A stretch of 25,790 nucleotides of DNA from Deltaproteobacteria bacterium TL4. Its GTDB lineage: Bacteria; SAR324; NAC60-12. Shown here piece by piece: positions 1 through 7,611 of the stretch (its first letter is position 1; every line of letters starts with the position of its first letter). Both the position numbers and the translations under genes were made by a program. The DNA is taken from positions 1 to 25,790 of the forward strand of contig JBBCAX010000027.1 in NCBI GenBank assembly GCA_051382335.1, read 5' to 3'. The notes beneath the pieces are model-generated. The model was not told the DNA's origin. It made no database searches and was given only the letters and a program-made list of their open reading frames with translations.

Positions 1-38
1 GTTTCTAAGGACACATGCTGCTCTCTTGATTGCGTCAT
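1..38 (-). CDS. 5' end (12 codons, truncated by window edge) of a probable Y1/HUH (IS200-like / RAYT-type) transposase
   Basis: The reverse strand reads AGGGAG (RBS, 50-45), 6 nt, then ATG(38) ACG CAA TCA AGA GAG CAG CAT GTG TCC TTA GAA = MTQSREQHVSLE. From memory this matches the N-terminus 'MTxxRxQxVSLxxTPYYHCxSRCVRR' of a widespread Y1 transposase family. Only 12 codons are visible, so no catalytic motif can be seen. Confidence 0.6.
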   Translation of the reverse strand, partial: MTQSREQHVSLE

Positions 39-73
39 ACCCTACTCCCTAAATTGGATTCCTTATTGTCAGC

Positions 74-101
74 AGACTAGCTATCCGATTTTCAATTGCA
101 A
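74..101 (-). promoter_or_regulatory. possible sigma70 promoter for the left-edge gene
   Basis: Minus strand TTGCAA (101-96), 16 nt, TAGTCT (79-74). The -35 box touches the first base of repeat copy 1. Pattern match only. Confidence 0.25.
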
Positions 102-316
102 GATAAATAAGTGGCTGTCCTTTTATTCAAGATAAATAAGTGGCTGTCCTTTTATTTCCTAGATAAATAAGTGGCTGTCCTTTTATTTTCCTTTTATTCA
201 AGATAAATAAGTGGCTGTCCTTTTATTTCCTAGATAAATAAGTGTCCTTTTATTTGGCAAGATAAATAAGTGGCTGTCCTTTTATTTCTAGATAAATAAG
301 TGGCTGTCCTTTTATT
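101..316. repeat. tandem direct array of 7 copies of AGATAAATAAGTGGCTGTCCTTTTATT (REP-like)
   Basis: Copies at 101-127, 130-156, 161-187, 201-227, 232-254 (4-bp internal deletion), 260-286 and 290-316. Junctions are CA, TCCT, TTCCTTTTATTCA, TCCT, TGGCA and TCT. Each unit has AATAA...TTATT inverted arms around GTGGCTGTCCTT. Confidence 0.97.
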
Positions 317-632
317 TCTTTTTAAGCGCTTCCAAGGCCACTTTCCCTTTAAAGGACGCACTATGAACTTTTCTTTTACTTTCCATAGTCTATTCTCTCT
401 TGAAGGTGATTCGTTACTTTGACTTCTGAAATTGATACGGAACTGAAGGCTTCCAGAACTCAGCGTTTTTTACAAGATTTTTCACCTTAAATACTGGTCT
501 AAAATATGGGGTCCATTATATGAGATCGTAAAGAATAAATGAAGATTCCTACTCTAGCACATTTTAATTTATGTTAAAAAACTTTTGATCGGGTACTTAT
601 CCTGTATCTCTCACATAAGTGATTAAATTTAC

Positions 633-695
633 TTGACAATTTGATCTGTTACCGCCCTATAGTACATTACAATGATCTTCTGGTAAACAGAAGAT
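633..695 (+). promoter_or_regulatory. candidate mgtE promoter and 5' leader hairpin
   Basis: TTGACA at 633-638 with TATAGT at 658-663 (19-nt spacer), or TTGATC at 641-646 with TACATT at 663-668 (16 nt). A perfect 8-bp stem ATCTTCTG-gtaaa-CAGAAGAT follows at 675-695. Confidence 0.35.
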
Positions 696-782
696 TACCC
701 AAGGAAAAGTCTCCACTTGAAGTGAAATCATTGAATGTTTAATTTTTTTAAAGGCACTCTTTCCGAACGACCAGGAGTAATT

Positions 783-2162
783 ATGCCTCATGTAGAAACC
801 AATAAAAACACATATTCAAAATTGATTAAAAAACTGGCTAATGCCCAGAAACCGGAGGCTCTTCGAGGTTTATTAGCGGACTTGGGAGCTTCGGAAATTG
901 CGTCTAGCCTCCTTCAGTTAAAATTGAAGCATCAAGTGACAGTTTTTGAACAACTCAGTCACGATCTTGCCTCAGAAGTTTTGACGTACCTACATCAGCA
1001 TACTCCTGTTTTAGAGAACTTGATTGAACAAATGCCTTTGAAACGGCTAGGTATTTTGATTGAAGATATGGATCGGGATGATGCGGCTGATGTCGTTTCA
1101 GCAATGGATGATAAGAAAGCCAGTGAGGTTTTGGACATTCTTCCTGAAGAAGAACGCCAGGAAATCACCTCATTGCTCCAGTATGACGAAGAAAGTGCGG
1201 GTGGGATTATGGACCCCCATGTGATTGCGGTCCGCTTGGGCGTTACCGTCGAACAGGCAATTCAGGTGATTCGTGTTTATTGTGAGGAAAAAGACCTGGA
1301 ACGTTTTTATGCGATTTATGTGGTTGACGAATTTCATCATCTGGTAGGACGAGTCAGGCTGGCACAACTCTTTCTTGCGGATTTAAAAAGGCCGATCAAG
1401 GATCTGATGGAAGCGAAGGTGATTTCGGTCAATGTGAATCAGGATCAGGAGGACGTAGTGCGATTGGCGCAAGAATATAATTTGACCACAGTTCCTGTTG
1501 TGGACAAATACTCCAGATTGATAGGACGTATCACCAGCGATGACTTAATGGATGTGTTACATGAAGAATATGAAGAAGATATCGGACAATTTGCTGGAAC
1601 CGGAGATGAAGAAGTTTTAGAACCCTCCGTTTTTAGTGCCAGCAGGGACCGTTTGCCTTGGCTGCTTTTAGGTTTAGGAGGCGGACTGCTTGCCGCCATG
1701 GTGATGAGCCGCTATGAACATTCGCTCGCAAGTTTGCCACAAGCCGCCTATTTCATTCCCTTGATCGCAGCACTGGGCGGAAACATTGCCATCCAGTCTT
1801 CATCCTTGGTTGTCCGAGGACTCACTACTGGAGAATTAAGTCACTTTGACATCATCAAACGAACCTGGAAAGAGTTACGGGTGGGCTTTCTGAATGGCAT
1901 AATTTGCGCGACGATTTTGACTTTTTCCGCATGGGGTTTGACGGGTGAAGTCCGAATGGGCGTAAGTACGGGGTTTGCCTTATTGGTGGTGATTTGTCTT
2001 GCCGCATTATTGGGAACAATCGCTCCCATGGGGCTCAAACGTTTTCGCCTGGATCCTGCCCTGGCGACAGGTCCTTTCATAACGACCGCAAACGATTTAT
2101 TAGGGATTATGGTTTATTTGGCGATTACTTTCGGGGTTTATAATCAAGCGCTCATCAAATAG
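783..2162 (+). CDS. mgtE: magnesium transporter MgtE
   Basis: MgtE_N helical domain (DDAADVV), YDEESAGGIM, CBS pair, TM region with RLPWL, GGNIAIQS and DPALATGPFITTANDLLG (conserved Mg-binding Asp). Start moved from 735 to ATG 783, which follows AGGAG at 773-777. Confidence 0.96.
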   Translation: MPHVETNKNTYSKLIKKLANAQKPEALRGLLADLGASEIASSLLQLKLKHQVTVFEQLSHDLASEVLTYLHQHTPVLENLIEQMPLKRLGILIEDMDRDDAADVVSAMDDKKASEVLDILPEEERQEITSLLQYDEESAGGIMDPHVIAVRLGVTVEQAIQVIRVYCEEKDLERFYAIYVVDEFHHLVGRVRLAQLFLADLKRPIKDLMEAKVISVNVNQDQEDVVRLAQEYNLTTVPVVDKYSRLIGRITSDDLMDVLHEEYEEDIGQFAGTGDEEVLEPSVFSASRDRLPWLLLGLGGGLLAAMVMSRYEHSLASLPQAAYFIPLIAALGGNIAIQSSSLVVRGLTTGELSHFDIIKRTWKELRVGFLNGIICATILTFSAWGLTGEVRMGVSTGFALLVVICLAALLGTIAPMGLKRFRLDPALATGPFITTANDLLGIMVYLAITFGVYNQALIK

Positions 2163-2187
2163 AAAAACTGGCTCTGATTGATTTGAA

Positions 2188-2263
2188 GTAAGGACTCAGC
2201 CACTAAGAACACAAAGTTCACAAAGTTTTTTCTCTTTGTATTCTTTCGTGGCCGAATCGTTAC
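2188..2263. repeat. 76-bp MITE-like palindromic element between convergent genes; may act as a bidirectional terminator
   Basis: Ends GTAAGGACTCAGCCAC (2188-2203) and GTGGCCGAATCGTTAC (2248-2263) match as inverted repeats at 13/16 positions. Internal CACAAAG occurs twice and can pair with CTTTGT. Confidence 0.65.
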
Positions 2264-2275
2264 CCTTTTTAGCAG

Positions 2276-5041
2276 CTATTGTTTGGTTCCTGACACATTG
2301 AATTTCATCAACAGCATGTCAAAGGTTTCACTGCCTGCAGCCGCATTGGGATAGCCATTGATATTTCCATCAATGTTTCCTTCGGTCGATCCCACGACAA
2401 AGATATCACCCAAGCTATTGACCGTGACCCCATAACCTTTTTCCTTGGTTGTGGTTTCGATCTTTTTCATCCACTGTTGCTCTCCAGATGAATTATATTT
2501 GACCAAATAGATATTGTTCTTTTTGGCATTACTTTCGTTAAAAATATCCTCAATGTCGCCTGTAATGTAAATGTTATCCGAGCTATCAATGGCTAAACTG
2601 TTGGCTTCATCCGAAGTATTGGATTTGATCATTTTTAACCACTGTTTCTCTCCTGCTGAATTGTATTTCATCAAATAAAGATCAAAAACATCGGAAGCCT
2701 TTTGATCATCCAAGGTCCCTGCGGTATGTCCTGTCACATAAACATTTCCTTTACTATCAATGGCGACATCATTGGCGAGATCCGCAAGCAGGTTGAACAA
2801 TATATTTTCTTGTCCGGTTGATCCCAGTTGACGGACCCACTGTTGATTGCCCTCAGAGTCAAACTTGACTAAAATAATATCGGATCTTTTGGGGGTTGTC
2901 GTTTGGTCCAAGCTCCCTTCTGTTGTTCCTGTGACATAAACATCACCCAGCGCATTAACCGCGACGCTCGTCGCACTATCATTTTTCGCGGTGCCAAATT
3001 GTTTGACCCACTGTTTGACTCCAGAGGAATTATATTTGATTAAAAACGCATCGAGTGCGCCCAGATTGGAATTATCCGCAAAGGCACCTGCTGTTTCTCC
3101 CGTGATATAAATATTATCAGAGGTATCAATCGCAATACCAAAGGCCAGATCGTCTTTGGAGGTGCCAATCAGTTTTGTCCAGGTTTTTTGCATTGAGGAG
3201 TTAAACTTCATCAAAAACACATCCGCATTTCCCGCATTGCTTTGTCCATCAAGAGTACCTGATGTTTGTCCAATGACATAGACATTATTGGCACTATCAA
3301 TGGCCACATCCAAGGCGGCATCCACATCTGAGGTTCCTAGCTGAAAATCATTTCTGGTTTGAGCTGTTTCGTTGAACTGAACGACAATGATATCAAAACT
3401 ACCGGCTTTCGCGCTTGCGGTGGTTAAACAACCTGCCGTATATCCAACCGCGTAGATATTCCCGAGATTATCCGTTGCGACGGCTCGACCTTCGTCCGTA
3501 TCATAGGTCCCTACCTGTTGGGTCAGGCTTGTTACTCCCGTTCGATTAACGCTATCACCACAATGTATGGTTGTTCCTCCTGTACTTCCACTGGTACTGC
3601 CAGAACTGCTGGTACTGCTGGTACTGCTGGTACTGCTGGTACTGCCAGATGAACTTCCACTGGTTCCTCCTGAGGTGCTACTGCCACCAGAATCATCCAG
3701 ACGACATTGGACTATTTTCTCATCGGTTCCAAGGGAGCTTTTCACATTGGTTCCAACAATAGTCTGGCAGGTCTGTTCACAGGCTGTTTTGCTGGTTTGG
3801 TCACTAATTTTAATATCTACTGAATCACATCCTGCTGCTTTTTCCTTACAATAGGCGATGCTATCATTAACGGCGAAGAAGCTGGCAGCATCCCGGCAAA
3901 GCAGATAGGCGATATCCGAACTTCCACCCGTCGTACTGGTGGTGCTTCCGCCCGTGGTGCTGGTGGTGCTTCCGCCAGTCGTACTGGTAGTGCTTCCGCC
4001 CGTGGTGCTCGTTGTACTTCCACCCGTGGTGCTGGTTGTGCTTCCACCCGTGGTGCTGGTTGAACCTCCAGTACTGCTGCCGCCTGAAGAACTTCCTCCA
4101 GAGGACACAACACACGTGACAACGGTACTGATCCAATTGCTGTTACTGTTATTAATGGAAACTGTGTCATTGTCGAGTGTGCATGTCTGACCGGCAGGAT
4201 TGCTTTTGATCGCAAGCGTGTATACATCGGGATCTACAGGTTCATAAAAGGTATAAGAGACGTCTTTCGCATTATTCGGAGAGATGGCTAATTCTTCAGA
4301 ATTGTTATTGTTTTTTAAGATCAACCCACTTTGAGCAAGACCTTTAACGGTTCCTCCGAGCGTTACAAAACCGTCTTGGATACAGACGACGATAACGTTG
4401 CCGACGTTGGCTTTATTAATTTTTCCTTCAGCGTTTTCCTTAACGGTACAAACATGATCAGCAGGTTTACTTTTGACAGTGATCTTGTATGCGGCTGCGT
4501 CACTGAGTTTGGTTCCAAAGATGAAATTTCCCTTGGCATCAACGCTCAAATCATCGCCCTTATTATTTTGCAGAACCAGTCCCCTTGTATTGAGTCCATA
4601 CACCGTTCCGCCAACTGTATATTCCACTTTGGCAACATTTCCGGTATTACTCCCGCTAGCATCTTTACAGGTAGCCACGGTATTGGGACTAAAGATACTG
4701 CCAATGTCCGTTCCAACCGTATCCGTACAGGCCGTAACACACGCCTCTTCGGTGTCATGTTCTGAAGTTGATTTATCGGAATTGTCACACCCCGGATCCT
4801 TGAGTCGGCAGTAAGCATCACTGGCCTTATTAGTAACCGCTGTATGGCAGAGAATCCATTTCGCAGCAACTGTTTGCTCCGTGTCTGTAGTCTCGGTGTT
4901 AGTATTACTATCTTCGGTTTTACTTGGGGCAGGTGTTTCAGAAGACGACGAACTACCCTTTCCGTCGTCGCACGACGCAACCGAAAGCAACAACCCGAAG
5001 GCAAGAATGAGGAGAAGAGCGAAATGCTTTTTGACGAACAT
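2276..5041 (-). CDS. large modular lipoprotein: 2 Cys-rich modules, 2 Ig-like repeats, Ser/Thr/Gly linkers, C-terminal SBBP-type beta-propeller
   Basis: Signal peptide with lipobox VAS-C24. Repeats YTVGGTVYGL..LVLQNN..C..C and VTLGGTVKGL..LILKNN..C..C. About 7 blades of the form 'xAxDxxxNxYVTGxTxGxL...DxFLxKYNSSGxxQWxKQxG'. Confidence 0.88.
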   Translation of the reverse strand: MFVKKHFALLLILAFGLLLSVASCDDGKGSSSSSETPAPSKTEDSNTNTETTDTEQTVAAKWILCHTAVTNKASDAYCRLKDPGCDNSDKSTSEHDTEEACVTACTDTVGTDIGSIFSPNTVATCKDASGSNTGNVAKVEYTVGGTVYGLNTRGLVLQNNKGDDLSVDAKGNFIFGTKLSDAAAYKITVKSKPADHVCTVKENAEGKINKANVGNVIVVCIQDGFVTLGGTVKGLAQSGLILKNNNNSEELAISPNNAKDVSYTFYEPVDPDVYTLAIKSNPAGQTCTLDNDTVSINNSNSNWISTVVTCVVSSGGSSSGGSSTGGSTSTTGGSTTSTTGGSTTSTTGGSTTSTTGGSTTSTTGGSTTSTTGGSSDIAYLLCRDAASFFAVNDSIAYCKEKAAGCDSVDIKISDQTSKTACEQTCQTIVGTNVKSSLGTDEKIVQCRLDDSGGSSTSGGTSGSSSGSTSSTSSTSSTSSSGSTSGSTGGTTIHCGDSVNRTGVTSLTQQVGTYDTDEGRAVATDNLGNIYAVGYTAGCLTTASAKAGSFDIIVVQFNETAQTRNDFQLGTSDVDAALDVAIDSANNVYVIGQTSGTLDGQSNAGNADVFLMKFNSSMQKTWTKLIGTSKDDLAFGIAIDTSDNIYITGETAGAFADNSNLGALDAFLIKYNSSGVKQWVKQFGTAKNDSATSVAVNALGDVYVTGTTEGSLDQTTTPKRSDIILVKFDSEGNQQWVRQLGSTGQENILFNLLADLANDVAIDSKGNVYVTGHTAGTLDDQKASDVFDLYLMKYNSAGEKQWLKMIKSNTSDEANSLAIDSSDNIYITGDIEDIFNESNAKKNNIYLVKYNSSGEQQWMKKIETTTKEKGYGVTVNSLGDIFVVGSTEGNIDGNINGYPNAAAGSETFDMLLMKFNVSGTKQ
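3605..3645. repeat. perfect 9-bp tandem repeat (ACTGCTGGT x4.5) coding a Thr-Ser-Ser linker
   Basis: Four exact copies at 3605-3640 plus ACTGC, inside the lipoprotein gene. Confidence 0.92.
3920..4069. repeat. 24-bp coding tandem repeat, GGSTTSTT x5 plus one GGSTSTT
   Basis: The peptide repeat is exact in the translation, while the DNA copies differ at synonymous positions. Confidence 0.9.
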
Positions 5042-5080
5042 GATACCCCTATTGGCTTGAATGAAATGAACAAAAAACGG

Positions 5081-5500
5081 TTATTCTTCTCCAAACTTTG
5101 GAAAAGGAGTCCCAGCTTTTCGGTAAGTTGACATAAATGTAATCTTGGTAGAACGTGCTTCAAGATTCAAGGTTACCATGTCATAAGTAAGTTTGACACG
5201 AAAAACCATATTTTCCCACCCTTTACTTGGAGGGGGTGCCCCCTTCTCCAGTTCAAAGAAACCATGATACTCATCTTTGATGGGGATATAATAAGCATAT
5301 CCAACCCATCCATTATTGGCTTTTATTTTGATCATATGAGGGGTTTCTTCTGTGATCGTGATGATACATTTCACACAGTCTCCCGCGGTGGAGGAGGTTT
5401 GCTGCCAATCGCCAACATCAATATTTTTTGAGTAACCTGTTGAAACCGTAATTAAAAACATTGTTACAGCCAGAAATATTGATCGTTTACTGTTCCGCAT
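5081..5500 (-). CDS. hypothetical secreted protein (about 139 aa, beta-rich, CxxC)
   Basis: Start MRNSKRS at 5500 follows GGAG. A hydrophobic signal peptide is followed by GDWQQ..DCVKC. Co-oriented with the lipoprotein gene and 39 nt upstream of it. Confidence 0.7.
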   Translation of the reverse strand: MRNSKRSIFLAVTMFLITVSTGYSKNIDVGDWQQTSSTAGDCVKCIITITEETPHMIKIKANNGWVGYAYYIPIKDEYHGFFELEKGAPPPSKGWENMVFRVKLTYDMVTLNLEARSTKITFMSTYRKAGTPFPKFGEE

Positions 5501-5774
5501 AACACACTCCAAACCCAAATAATTAGAAAATTTACATACATGACCTCTATAATGAAGGAGTACAACACGAAGCACTAAAGGTCAATAATTCCTTTATCAT
5601 GATTGTGTTTTTTTAATAGCGGATGATCGGAGTCTTCATTTTTAGAAACGTGGTTGTTTAAAATGCTTAAACTCGCATTGCATCTGTTCCTCATCTATTG
5701 TAACTTGAGTAAGGCGTGAGGCGTTTGGGGCAATATCCAACATTATGGAGAGAAACGGTATGGAGTCGGTGCCC

Positions 5775-6161
5775 ATGAGTAGAATCCTTGTCATTGATGA
5801 TGATAAAGTATTAAGGGAAACCTTAGGTGAAGTGCTGGAAAAAATGGGCTATCGTGTTGCCTGTGCCGTCAATGGTAAGGCAGGGATTCGGTTATTTGAG
5901 CAGGATCCTTTTGATTTGGTCATCACGGATATTGTCATGCCGGAAAGAGATGGCATAGAAACCATCATCTGGCTTCGAAATAAATATCCTGAAATCAATA
6001 TCATTGCGATTTCCGGTAGAGACAAAACATCCAGTAGCGATTATCTCTATGCCGCCGGGTATTTTGGCGCCATTTATACCTTCACCAAACCTATTGAACT
6101 GAATACATTTAAAAAAACGGTCCAAGAGATTCTGGAAGGTCCAGATTCTTCAAAAGAATGA
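5775..6161 (+). CDS. single-domain response regulator (CheY-like receiver)
   Basis: ILVIDDD, LVITDIVMPERDG (phospho-Asp), IIAIS, TKP. GGAG at 5762-5765 precedes ATG 5775. Confidence 0.93.
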   Translation: MSRILVIDDDKVLRETLGEVLEKMGYRVACAVNGKAGIRLFEQDPFDLVITDIVMPERDGIETIIWLRNKYPEINIIAISGRDKTSSSDYLYAAGYFGAIYTFTKPIELNTFKKTVQEILEGPDSSKE

Positions 6162-6234
6162 GCTGATAACCCCCGTTGCTGAGACTTCAGAAAAACAGAA
6201 TTCCCAAGTGAAGATAGAAGCCTGAGCTCCGGAT

Positions 6235-6708
6235 TTAATGCTGATCAAAGATTTTTTTCTTCTTCGGAGGAGACGGTTGCCTTGTTTGTGGGGGGGGGGA
6301 TTCTGTTTCAGCAGCAGGGATCTTCGTTTTCTGGATCAGCGGAGCACAAGGATTGGCAGGCACACTTCCCGTGTCCTTTGCCGGGGCTTCCTCAGGCCTG
6401 GGCGGGTAGGGTTCCATTGTTCCAGAGCAGATGATTTGAATGGTTCTGGGGCTGTAAATCCCCAACGTCATTACAGTCATAAGTCCCTGTGCGAGGGTGC
6501 TGTGAACTTGTACCTCAAAAACCCTGCCGTTCCTGCAATCTTCATATAACTCAAAACTACTTGCTCCAACGCTTCCCCAAAACCAATAGTCCCTGGTGTA
6601 ATTAAAGGCGGTTGAAGAAGAGGTTTCAGAGGGATAATTGAGCGTCACTTGACAACCCGTCATCACAAAAATTCCTAAAATAATGACTAGACGATTGATC
6701 GATGGCAT
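6235..6708 (-). CDS. Bor/Iss-family lipoprotein with Pro/Lys-rich C-terminal extension
   Basis: Lipobox MTG-C. YWFWG...C...TLAQGLMTVMTLGIYSPRTIQIIC parallels the lambda Bor C-terminus (GFITLGIYTPLEARVYC). Start MPSINR at 6708 follows AAGGTGAG. Confidence 0.78.
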   Translation of the reverse strand: MPSINRLVIILGIFVMTGCQVTLNYPSETSSSTAFNYTRDYWFWGSVGASSFELYEDCRNGRVFEVQVHSTLAQGLMTVMTLGIYSPRTIQIICSGTMEPYPPRPEEAPAKDTGSVPANPCAPLIQKTKIPAAETESPPPQTRQPSPPKKKKIFDQH

Positions 6709-6742
6709 CTCACCTTTAGAAGCATAAACAGGGGTTTTTATA

Positions 6743-7471
6743 TTAACCAATTAACTCAAGCTCCGCATCCTGGAGACCTTGATGAATTCGTATGGAACGA
6801 CCCGCTTGTATTCCGGCGCCAAGTACGGCTTCACTTCTGTAAAAATCACGGGAAGAGGCTCTACTTGCTAAATTCGGGAGTTGCTCTTTTACAAATTGAT
6901 TCAATTCAGATGACTCATCAATGACCACCAAGGCATATTTTTCCTCAGTTTTCTTTTTGGATTCTCTTAAAATCGCGTCCAAGCCAATGTAGAGTCCCAG
7001 CAGGTAGTCATTACGATATCTTCTGGTTGCTCCTGTTCTTTGGTAAAACTGTTTCCATAAACGTTCGAATTCCCTGTCCAGAAATTCATAAACATATTTC
7101 GCGATTTCGGTGTTTGTTTTTCTTCCAAAGAAACGAATCTTTCCCCTGTACTCATCATTTTCCTCCTGATACTCATTACTTTTAACAATTTTCACAAAGA
7201 AATAGGATTGCAAGATGTTGAGGATGTAATTGAACTTTCTGGTCCAATTCACAGGCGCTTTTGACGAACGCCCCTCAGTGAAGCGATCTTCCAGACTTTC
7301 GGAAAGGCCTTGAATTTCTTGCATATCAAGCTGGTATTTGACCAGGAGTTCTTCAACTTTGGCCATAGCCGCCTGGGTTTCAGCTTCAGTTGATTTGCCC
7401 TCAAATTTCAAAAGTTGCTGGATCTGTCTAATTATTTTTTCTCTTTTTTCATCGCTAAGATCAACAACCAT
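6743..7471 (-). CDS. DUF2786-domain protein
   Basis: N-terminal KIIRQIQQLL..STEAETQAAMAKVEELLVKYQL fits DUF2786. The C-terminal motifs FFGRKTNTEIAKYVYEFL, YLLGL and GIQAGRSIRI are typical of such proteins. Start moved to MVVDLS at 7471. Confidence 0.78.
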   Translation of the reverse strand: MVVDLSDEKREKIIRQIQQLLKFEGKSTEAETQAAMAKVEELLVKYQLDMQEIQGLSESLEDRFTEGRSSKAPVNWTRKFNYILNILQSYFFVKIVKSNEYQEENDEYRGKIRFFGRKTNTEIAKYVYEFLDREFERLWKQFYQRTGATRRYRNDYLLGLYIGLDAILRESKKKTEEKYALVVIDESSELNQFVKEQLPNLASRASSRDFYRSEAVLGAGIQAGRSIRIHQGLQDAELELIG

Positions 7472-7611
7472 TGCTTGCCCTTCATTTTTGTTGCAAGTCT
7501 GTAGAACCTTGTGAATTATCAGAACTTGTGAATACTCGCAGAGTGCGAAGAATATCTCAAGAAACGTAAAATACGAGACAAAATTGTAAATAAATTCCGG
7601 GATAGCGTCCG

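Noticed and set aside
101..316. CRISPR array interpretation of the 27-bp repeats
   Set aside because: Intervening sequences are only 2-13 nt and derive largely from the repeat itself. There are no unique ~30-nt spacers and no cas genes in the window.
330..782. M-box (ykoK) Mg2+ riboswitch upstream of mgtE
   Set aside because: The characteristic TTAGGTGAGGCT.../GCTGCTGCCC motifs were not found by eye.
735..782. Upstream ATG (735) as the mgtE start
   Set aside because: It has no RBS, while ATG 783 has AGGAG at a suitable spacing.
3567..4227. Alternative-frame and antisense ORFs with striking repeats (CWYCWY, HHGRKHH, VLPPVVLV)
   Set aside because: These are shadows of the Ser/Thr/Gly tandem repeats inside the lipoprotein gene.
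4331..5163. Overlapping ORFs 4331-4765, 4473-4814, 4546-5163 and 4844-5131
   Set aside because: They overlap a well-supported gene and show no recognisable motifs.
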